64,000 bases of DNA, from the NCBI GenBank assembly GCA_965223845.1, contig CBDCXR010000004.1, positions 4,896,001 through 4,960,000 of the forward strand, given 5' to 3'. Positions 57,301-64,000 of this stretch are shown in pieces. This DNA comes from Planctomycetota bacterium (GTDB lineage Bacteria > Planctomycetota > UBA8108 > SXIK01). A program made the position numbers and the translations under genes. Each line of letters begins with the position of its first letter. Position 1 is the first letter of the stretch. The notes under the pieces are model-generated. The model searched no databases. It saw only the letters and a program-made list of their open reading frames with translations, and was not told the origin of the DNA.

Positions 57301-57942
57301 AGCGGGTGGAGCGTGCCGGTCGGCGACGAAGGTTTCTACCGGAGACTGCTCGGCTTCACCCTCGACGCGACCGGAACGGGATTCGTCATCGCAGGAATCG
57401 GGGACTCGAACATCGAATGGGTGGAGCACCGGGCATTCGATGCGGTCGAGCCCGTCGAGGATCTCGAGTGCGCTCCCGACGGTGACGCACTCACGCTCGC
57501 GTGGCGGCTCGCCGGCGCCTACGATGCGCTCGCGATCAGTCGAAACGGCGAGCGAGTGGCCGAGCTCGCCGGCAACGCTCGCGAGTGGACCGACATCGAC
57601 CCACTCCCCGAAGCGGTCTACCGTGTCGTCGCACGGCGCGACGGCGCGCGATCGGGAGGAGCGCTCTGCGAGTTCCCTCGACCCGTCGCGTTTCTTCGTG
57701 GCGATGTCGAAACGAATGGAACGATCAATCTGACCGATGCGATCGCGATCCTCGAGCACCTCTTCTCGGGAACCGTCGAAATCGAATGTCTCGACGCAGC
57801 GGACGCCAACGACGACGGCTCGGTCAACATAGCGGACGCCCTCCGACTCCTCCTCTTTCTCTTTCTCGACTCCGCGCCGCCCGAGCCCCCGTTTCCGCTT
57901 CCGGGATTCGACCCGACCCCCGATGCTCTCGTGGGCTGCTGA
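54358..57942 (+). CDS. Large secreted protein: 3x (beta-propeller + FN3-like) plus dockerin-like module
   Basis: Repeated GIAYD/GLAWD blades; three C..LTW..IxRDG..I..L...YTD FN3-like units; FLRGDVETNG...CLDAADANDDG tail. The true start may be downstream. Confidence 0.82.
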   Translation: MSILATCARSLRRPENDPLGQPRCRESSTIHLESPAVRFAVPTGRPRCPTSLPRRSSRSRTCVAACALGFAVLLSATARPEPCRPELRSLGPAIPLPLEAPQDIAVDPATGTLWITSGLSNEILVLDADLDVVGSIDAPFLGSPAGATGIAYDELDDALWVIRPTTQEAWQLARDGEPTGRVVFLDLPPPVNIIPRPFPRGIAFDRDGDGGRGSLWVVESVMTAVYEVALDGAILRSFCHPDDPDGCPGTGRAAFARDVGLIRDGEEVVELELVGGLTGDEQVRRLSVDGELEPFSIPLREIGGSPGAFARGTVVDPESGESVDAFYVTVESSAELQVLAVIPALAPAITELTCTASASAVELTWNDHSAPYVRTEILRDGKRIALLDAGARSFTDPAPSEGVSEYVVRAHAESCVSELSCLAVVGAGRVLASATFEHGNAQDLAEDNHGTFWVTTRDNLVVAVDGDFEIVETFSSPFADEDSLTTGIAYDSANDLLFVYDTATHRIAPMHRNGFVLASAPTPSGYTVNEDEPRYIAALLFDPAGDAGAGSFWYYDASNALYEERTRRGALLRSCPHPDDEGAIAPDGSPFLPLAWGLSAVPGKGFELLEASMGAVRDSRVNRIAQIRTADCAPTGFEIPLAGLASISRPPALVYHRTRGPEGEDVAIAINTFTARPYIARIDASGPEVPPPTQFECSQPTGELAVYLSFAAPEGVDRIEIRRDGELIARLSESDTSYTDRVDSTGLFEYAITAQRGRATSDERRCTVRVGPGSIASREFVFPAPMVVHQVAFDPQAREYVAASTTRKWAGQLYFYDENLVYRRSAPSPFQDPVQIAAMAVRPRVGASWIYALGWTPGLPPTSKQKYRMRVVTPSGEVVDEFDVEPPRPRETFLVFPSGLAWDEHTESLWLLERNAAVILQLSPDGDPISSFPHPAPFHQDRVHNYGVAIDAARGALYLTSGDRLDQSVTSIVELTRSGRLSGWSVPVGDEGFYRRLLGFTLDATGTGFVIAGIGDSNIEWVEHRAFDAVEPVEDLECAPDGDALTLAWRLAGAYDALAISRNGERVAELAGNAREWTDIDPLPEAVYRVVARRDGARSGGALCEFPRPVAFLRGDVETNGTINLTDAIAILEHLFSGTVEIECLDAADANDDGSVNIADALRLLLFLFLDSAPPEPPFPLPGFDPTPDALVGC

Positions 57943-57993
57943 AGCCCGCTCCGTTGTCTCACCCGCAATCGTTCCCACTCGCCGGAGTGACCG

Positions 57994-59505
57994 ATGCTTC
58001 GAACTCTCCTCGCGTTCTTCCTAGTTTCGAGCTGCGCGCCCGCGATCGAGGCCCGCGAAGCCCCGAACGACGAAAAGCCATCGCCGCCCAACATCGTCTT
58101 CATTTACACCGACGACCAAGCGCCGACCGCCGTCGGCGCGTCGGGGAATTCCGAAATCCGCACGCCGCACATGGACCGCGTGTTTCGCGAGGGCGCACAC
58201 CTCCTGAACTCGTTCGTCACGACGCCGGTGTGCAGCCCGTCGCGAGCCGGACTGATGACGAGCCGGTACGGAACGGAGCTCGGGATCACGGAGTGGATCA
58301 ATCCGAGGTCGGAGAAAGAGCTGGGACTCGATCCGGCGATCGCGACGTGGCCGAAGGCGCTTCAGGCCGCCGGCTACCGGACGGGTCTCGTCGGAAAGTG
58401 GCACCTCGGAACGGCGGATCGATTCCATCCGACGAAACACGGCTACGACGAATTCGCGGGTTTTCGGGAAGGCGGTGCTAAGCCGGTCGATCCCGTCCTC
58501 GAGATCGAGGGAGAGACGAAGAAGTGCACCGGGTTCACGGCTGACGTTCTCACCGACTACGCAATCGAGTTCCTCGAGCGTCATCGCGACCGCGCGTTCG
58601 CTCTGTCACTCCATTTCCGCGCGCCGCATTCGGCGTGGCTCCCCGTCGCCGAGGAGGACTGGGCGCCGTACGCCGAGCTCGATCCGGCGCTTCCCGCCCC
58701 CGACATCCCCAACCTCGACGTGAAGCGCGTGAAGCGCATGACCCGCGAGTACTACGCGAGCGTCTCGAGCGTGGATCGAAACGTCGGTCGCGTGCTCGAC
58801 GCGCTCGATCGCCTCGGCGTCTCGGAGCGTACCGTCGTCATCTTCACGAGTGACCACGGCTATCACCACGGCCATCACGGCCTCTGGTACAAAGGAAACG
58901 CCCACTGGATGACGAAGCCGCTGCCGCCCAAGAAGTGGGAGCACATCGCGCCGCGACGGCGGCCGAATCTCTTCGACCAGGCGCTTCGTGTACCGACGGC
59001 CGTGCGCTGGCCCGGCGTCGTTCGACCGGGAACGAAGATCGAGGAAACCGTGACGAACCTCGATTGGTTTCCGACCCTGCTCGCCATCGCGGGCGTCCCG
59101 CTGCCCGAGAAGGCGACGGTCCGTGGCCGGAGCTTTGTCCCGCTTCTCCGCGGCGAGAAGGTCGGCTGGGAGAATGCTTTCTACGCCGAGTACAGCATGC
59201 GCCACGGATCGAAGACGCACATGCGCTCCTGGCGCACGCCCGAGTGGAAGCTGATCGTCGACTTTCTGAATCCGGGACGGGTCGAGCTCTACGACCTCCG
59301 TGCCGACCCCGGAGAACTCACGAACGTTGCCTCACGCGAAGATTCGAGGACTCGCCGCGCCCGCGCCGTGCTCTCGATCACCATCCTCGAACACATGCGC
59401 AAGATCGGGGATCCCGCGCTGCCGCTCGCCGAGGGAAAGGGCGTGCCGGAGGGAAGCGCGGGGAAGAACGCGGAGAAGAAAACGAGCGAGAGCGACGCCG
59501 AGTAG
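57994..59505 (+). CDS. Sulfatase (Cys-type)
   Basis: PPNIVFIYTDDQ, VCSPSRAGLMT, GKWH, TSDHG, ELYDL..DPGE. Confidence 0.95.
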   Translation: MLRTLLAFFLVSSCAPAIEAREAPNDEKPSPPNIVFIYTDDQAPTAVGASGNSEIRTPHMDRVFREGAHLLNSFVTTPVCSPSRAGLMTSRYGTELGITEWINPRSEKELGLDPAIATWPKALQAAGYRTGLVGKWHLGTADRFHPTKHGYDEFAGFREGGAKPVDPVLEIEGETKKCTGFTADVLTDYAIEFLERHRDRAFALSLHFRAPHSAWLPVAEEDWAPYAELDPALPAPDIPNLDVKRVKRMTREYYASVSSVDRNVGRVLDALDRLGVSERTVVIFTSDHGYHHGHHGLWYKGNAHWMTKPLPPKKWEHIAPRRRPNLFDQALRVPTAVRWPGVVRPGTKIEETVTNLDWFPTLLAIAGVPLPEKATVRGRSFVPLLRGEKVGWENAFYAEYSMRHGSKTHMRSWRTPEWKLIVDFLNPGRVELYDLRADPGELTNVASREDSRTRRARAVLSITILEHMRKIGDPALPLAEGKGVPEGSAGKNAEKKTSESDAE

Positions 59506-59720
59506 AGTCCGCCCGAACGCCGGTGGGCACGCTTCGGCCCGGTGCCGTTCGGTCCCTTCGGACCGGACCAGTTCCCCGGCGTGTAACGCGGGTCCGTTCA
59601 TCGCTATGGCTCATGGCTATCGAACACTGTTAGGACCCTTTTCTCTGGCGGGCGCCTGCCATTCTTTCCCGAGCTCCTCCCGAATACCGCTGTCGGCACG
59701 CGAAACGAATCACGTCTCCT

Positions 59721-62537
59721 TTGCCGGCAGCGGCGCGTCTCGGCGTGACGAAGTCCTTCTCGCGTCACGGCAGCGGCTGCTGCCTCGCTAGCGCCGCCGC
59801 GTTCGCGCTTCTCACGTCGCTCACTTCCTGCTCCCGCCAGGCGTACCGCGAGCACGCCGACGACGAGGTGTACGCGCTTCTCGACGAGAAAGGCGCGGAA
59901 ACGCCGTGGGACGTCGGGACTCGTTTTACGATCGACGCGCATCCGAACGCCCGTTTCGCCGTCGCCGGCGATCCCGACGACCCGCTCCTTCCTCAACCGG
60001 GACCACGGCTCTACGGCTACGGCCTCGAGCAACTCGCTGCCGTCATCGGCGCCGCGGAACAACAGGCGCTCGGTCCCGCGGAGCCTCCACCCGACGGCGA
60101 CGGCGACGGCGCAGAGTCTGGCGACAACGAATCTCGCGATTCGGGCGCCCACTCCGAGACGAACGCCGACCGTCTTCCCGCGCAGCCGATCCCCCGGAGT
60201 TACTGGGAGGCGGTCCCCGTGCGCTGCCTTCGCCGAATGCTCGAGTTCCCGAGCGTCCGCGCGGCGTACCGGGAGCAGATCGGGGAAGCGCCACCGGCGG
60301 AGCTGGGCGACACGGCCCGGCGATTGACCCTGCGCGACATCATTGCGATCGGTCTCGTCAACAGCCGCGAGTACCAGGCGCAAAAAGAATCGGTCTACCT
60401 CGCGGCTCTCCCGCTCACTCTCGAGCGCTTCGCCTACTCGGCGAGATTCTCGTCGTCGAATCCTCTCGCGGCGAGCCATTCCGTCAGGCGCGACGATGGC
60501 TCGTACTCCGAAGCATCGAGCGTCGGCGGAAGCCTCGGCCTCGAGACGATGTTCGCTTCGGCGGGAACATTCCTCGCGCGCTTCACGAACGAACTCTTTC
60601 TCACCTACGACGGCCCCGATGGCTTCGGTCGGGACATCGCGTCAGAGCTCTTTCTCAGCTTCCACCAGAATCTTTTTCAGCGCGACGCGCGCTTCGATCC
60701 GCTCGTGCAATCGGAACGCGATCTCGTCTACGAAGAGCGAACGTTCGCCCGATTCCGAAGGGAGTTTTTCGTCGAGCTCGCTACCGAGTACTACCTTCTT
60801 CTTCAGACGTACCGGAACATCGAGATCGAGTCTCAGAACTATTTCTCTCTCGTTCGCACGTTCGAGCAGGCGCGTGCGGAGGTGCGTGCCGACGTCAAGA
60901 ATGCTCCGAACCCGGTCGCGGTGGATCAGTTCGAGCAGAGTATGCTCTCGGGGCGCAGCCGACTCGTCGCGACGTGCAACCGCCTCGAAGAGCGACTCGA
61001 CGGGCTCAAGCTGTCACTCGGCCTGCCGACGGAGACTCCACTCAACATCGATCGAACCGAGCTCGACGAGCTCACGGATCGCGATCGAGTCGAAGTCTCC
61101 GCCGAACGCGTTCAACGCTGGATGGGCCACATCGCCGATCTACGCGCGCAGACTCGTCCCGACGTCGAGGAGATCTTGAGCAGCGACATCTTTCTCGTCG
61201 AGAGACTGCTCGAGTGGCTGCGCCTCCGTCGCGACCCGGCGGGAACGGGGCTGGACCCCGAACTTCTCGAGACGCTCCTCCTTCGCTTGGAAGCCGATCA
61301 GGCGCGACTCACGGTCGAACGCCAGGGCGAGGAGAGCGCACAGATGGCGGACGCGAACGCTCCGCCCCCACGAATCCTCGTCCTCCAGAGGAGTCTCGAC
61401 GTCGCGGAGGCGACGATCGTTCTCGTCGAACGCCAGCTCGAGCTCGCCGGTCGGATCGATCGCGATCCGGACGCCGTCGACGCCGCGCGCACGCGTCTCA
61501 TGGAACGGCGAGCCGAACTGGCGGGCCTGGAGGAAAGTCTGACGGATATCGTCCGCGATCCATCCGAGGAACGCGCCCTCGTCGAACGTGCCGCAGAGCT
61601 CGTTCGCTCCCTCAACGAGCTCGTCCGAGAGCTCGACCGAATCCTCGACACGCGACCGGAGGGTCTCGAGCCCGCTGAGCGCGCTCGGCGCATCTTGGCC
61701 GAGACCGATCGTTTGCTTGCGCTCGCACGCGAGGCGATCGGACCGAGCGGGGCAGGCTTGCCGGCGCTCGGCATCGAGGTCGATGACGCGATGGCGACCG
61801 CGCTCGTTCAGCGACTCGACCTGATGAACGAACGCGGTCGACTCGCGGATCACTGGCGCCGAATCAAGCTGGCCGCGGACGATCTTCGCTCGGTCGTGAA
61901 CTTCGAAGCGAGCTATCGGATCGGCACCGAAGAAGATCAAGCGCTCAAGTTCACTGCGGAAAACAGTGAGGCGCGGGTAGGACTCTCCGTCGATCTCCCG
62001 CTCAATCGTCGGGAGAAGCGAAACTCCTATCGACGCTCGCTGATCAGCTACCACTCGGCGCTCCGATCACTTCACTCGCTCGAGGATGCGATCAAGTCCG
62101 ACGTGCGCGACGGACTGCGTACGCTGCGCGAGACACGAATTCAGTACGCCATCAGCGTCCGAAGAGCGGCTCTCGCCGCCGAGCAGGTTTTGAGCGTACG
62201 CCTCCAGCTCGCGCTCGGGGTCCCCGGCGTCCGCGGAACGGATCTCATCGACGCGCTCCAATCGTCGCGCGAAGCGCTGATCGCGGTGGCGAACGCGCGC
62301 ATCGGCTACCTGACCGAGCGCGCAACGTTCGTCCTCGATCTCGGAACTCTCCGTCTCGACGAATCCGGATACTGGACCGGCGTCAACGACAACGCGCTCG
62401 ATATCGAGCCGGAGCTCGTGTTTCCCGACGGCGCGGGTCCCACGTATGGCCCGCTGCCCGAATTCGTCCAGCTCTCCGCTGACATCAGGCGGTCGCTCGA
62501 CTTTCCACCACCCGGCGAATCGCAGGGTGAAGAGTGA
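59721..62537 (+). CDS. TolC-family-like outer-membrane lipoprotein with a long helical insertion
   Basis: Lipobox LTS-C; NSREYQAQKESVYLAAL, LVQSERDLVY..RTFARFRR, VDLPLNRREKRNSYR. Start uncertain (59721 or 59745). Confidence 0.78.
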   Translation: MPAAARLGVTKSFSRHGSGCCLASAAAFALLTSLTSCSRQAYREHADDEVYALLDEKGAETPWDVGTRFTIDAHPNARFAVAGDPDDPLLPQPGPRLYGYGLEQLAAVIGAAEQQALGPAEPPPDGDGDGAESGDNESRDSGAHSETNADRLPAQPIPRSYWEAVPVRCLRRMLEFPSVRAAYREQIGEAPPAELGDTARRLTLRDIIAIGLVNSREYQAQKESVYLAALPLTLERFAYSARFSSSNPLAASHSVRRDDGSYSEASSVGGSLGLETMFASAGTFLARFTNELFLTYDGPDGFGRDIASELFLSFHQNLFQRDARFDPLVQSERDLVYEERTFARFRREFFVELATEYYLLLQTYRNIEIESQNYFSLVRTFEQARAEVRADVKNAPNPVAVDQFEQSMLSGRSRLVATCNRLEERLDGLKLSLGLPTETPLNIDRTELDELTDRDRVEVSAERVQRWMGHIADLRAQTRPDVEEILSSDIFLVERLLEWLRLRRDPAGTGLDPELLETLLLRLEADQARLTVERQGEESAQMADANAPPPRILVLQRSLDVAEATIVLVERQLELAGRIDRDPDAVDAARTRLMERRAELAGLEESLTDIVRDPSEERALVERAAELVRSLNELVRELDRILDTRPEGLEPAERARRILAETDRLLALAREAIGPSGAGLPALGIEVDDAMATALVQRLDLMNERGRLADHWRRIKLAADDLRSVVNFEASYRIGTEEDQALKFTAENSEARVGLSVDLPLNRREKRNSYRRSLISYHSALRSLHSLEDAIKSDVRDGLRTLRETRIQYAISVRRAALAAEQVLSVRLQLALGVPGVRGTDLIDALQSSREALIAVANARIGYLTERATFVLDLGTLRLDESGYWTGVNDNALDIEPELVFPDGAGPTYGPLPEFVQLSADIRRSLDFPPPGESQGEE

Positions 62538-62588
62538 GCGCGCGCAGAAGCTCCCGAGTGCGTCAGCGCGAACGTCGCCGTCGCCACG

Positions 62589-63854
62589 CTACTCGTGCCG
62601 AAGCGCCTCGATCGGATCCATGAGCGCAGCGCGAAGCGCGGGGTAGACACCGAAGACGACTCCGACTCCGACCGAAATCGCGAACGCGAGCGCCACCGAC
62701 CACACTTTCACGACGGTGTCGATCTCCGACGCGGCGGAGACGATCGAGGGAGCCGTGACTCCGACGAGAATTCCGAGCAGCGCTCCGGTCGTAGAGAGGA
62801 CGAGCGTCTCGAGAAGAAACTGAACCGTTATGTCCTTCCGCTTCGCACCGAGCGCGCGCCGGACTCCGATCTCGCGAGTGCGCTCCGTAATCGTCGCGAG
62901 CATGATGTTCATGATGCCGATTCCGCCGACGAGGAGCGAGACGCCGGCGATGGAGCCGAGAACGAGGTTCCACAGCTTCTTTTCTTCTTCGGCCTGCTCG
63001 AGGAGCTCGAGGGGAACCTGAATCTCGAAGTCGTCCTTGAGCGGATGCGTCGCGTCGAGGAGGATCCGCGCCATCGCCGCCGTCTGACTCACGTGATCTT
63101 CGTCCCGCACACCGAGAGTGATCTCGGTCAGTTGGGTCTTCTCGAGCAGATCCCCGAAGCGCTGCCGGCACGTCCGGAGCGGAATGTAGATATCGTTGTT
63201 GAAGTTGTCCGAGCTGAGGGCGCCCGACTCGGCGCTGCCGCTTCCCTGCGTATCGAGGATGCCGACGACGACGACAGCGACTTCGCCGAGGAGGAGACTC
63301 CTCCCGATCGGGTCGCGGTGCCCGAAGAGTCGAGCGGCGGCACCCGCGCCGAGGACGGCGACGGTGGCGGCGCGCGAGACGTCAGAGTCGCTCAGAAACC
63401 GCCCGCGGTGAACCGCGAGCGACTTGACTTCCAGGTAGTCCGGAGTCGTCCCAAGAATGCGGGCGTTCAGCATGCGCCGCCGCGCGAAGCGTGCATCCTG
63501 GCGAACGAGCGCGAGCGGGACGGCGCGCCGAATCGTCGGAATCGTCGCTTGGATGCGCTCGAGGTCGCGGTCGAGAAGGCCGAACTCGAGCCGCTCGGGC
63601 GCAATCGACTCGGAGTTGGTGCCGCTCTCGGTCGCGGGCGCCCGCTCCGCCTTCGACTCGACCGTCCGCAGAATCACGTTCGAGGCCCCCAATCGGCGGA
63701 TCTGCTCGAGGGCGTGGCGCTTGCTTCCCTCGCCGACGGCGAGCATGGCGATGACGGAACCCGCGCCGAGGATCGTCCCCAGCATGGTGAGCGCGCTTCG
63801 CAGCTTGTGAAGGAGAAGGCTCCGAACGGCCAGCTTGAGCGTGGAAAAGCGCAT
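62589..63854 (-). CDS. MacB/FtsX-type ABC transporter permease
   Basis: KLRSALTMLG, SLLVGGIGIMNIML..TERTREIGVRRALGA, GVYPALRAALMDPIEALRHE. Confidence 0.94.
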   Translation of the reverse strand: MRFSTLKLAVRSLLLHKLRSALTMLGTILGAGSVIAMLAVGEGSKRHALEQIRRLGASNVILRTVESKAERAPATESGTNSESIAPERLEFGLLDRDLERIQATIPTIRRAVPLALVRQDARFARRRMLNARILGTTPDYLEVKSLAVHRGRFLSDSDVSRAATVAVLGAGAAARLFGHRDPIGRSLLLGEVAVVVVGILDTQGSGSAESGALSSDNFNNDIYIPLRTCRQRFGDLLEKTQLTEITLGVRDEDHVSQTAAMARILLDATHPLKDDFEIQVPLELLEQAEEEKKLWNLVLGSIAGVSLLVGGIGIMNIMLATITERTREIGVRRALGAKRKDITVQFLLETLVLSTTGALLGILVGVTAPSIVSAASEIDTVVKVWSVALAFAISVGVGVVFGVYPALRAALMDPIEALRHE

Positions 63855-64000
63855 CACGGCGAGCCCGACGCTGCCGGCTCCAGCGTTTCCGCGGCGCCAG
63901 AGGTCGGCTCGCTCGACGAGTTCGTCTCGTCGCGTTTCTTTTTGTCCTCGAGCTCGAGTCGCTTCGCCGCGTCGATCTGATCGATGTCGAGATCGTCCGG
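63854..64000 (-). CDS. 3' end of an upstream gene, possibly an efflux adaptor or ATPase partner (partial)
   Basis: Open frame PDDLDIDQIDAAKRLE...SGSP-stop whose TGA overlaps the permease ATG (TGATG coupling). Confidence 0.55.
   Translation of the reverse strand, partial: PDDLDIDQIDAAKRLELEDKKKRDETNSSSEPTSGAAETLEPAASGSP

Noticed and set aside
2617-57942. A true cellulosome
   Set aside because: No recognisable glycoside hydrolase cargo, CBM3 or multi-cohesin scaffoldin is present in the window.

Overview
GC-rich bacterial window with about 41 genuine CDS; most of the six-frame ORF track is shadow ORFs. The gene content points to Planctomycetota (inference): a PSCyt/DUF1549/DUF1553 protein paired with DUF1501, a PVC-type haem-binding dehydrogenase, four sulfatases, a PQQ-like propeller and a membrane-anchored ECF sigma factor. 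Metabolic content includes a Na+-translocating decarboxylase operon in the order oadG-oadB-oadA, a Zn alcohol dehydrogenase, an M19 dipeptidase, sialic-acid/sulfated-glycan type enzymes, a TolC-like lipoprotein and a MacB-type permease. I saw no rRNA, tRNA, CRISPR array or transposase. Signals worth follow-up: (1) seven secreted proteins share eight copies of a Cys-containing dockerin-like module, three of them also carry cohesin-like segments, and three cluster around an ECF sigma fusion, suggesting a non-cellulosomal surface assembly system; (2) one of these proteins has seven tandem symmetric 6-Cys repeats; (3) a 9-bp-periodic palindromic element with 33-bp perfect arms, plus two half-copies, punctuates consecutive genes ending in a TIR + GAF-like gene; (4) a likely rhodanese remnant. 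All family calls are by-eye motif recognition, not database searches.
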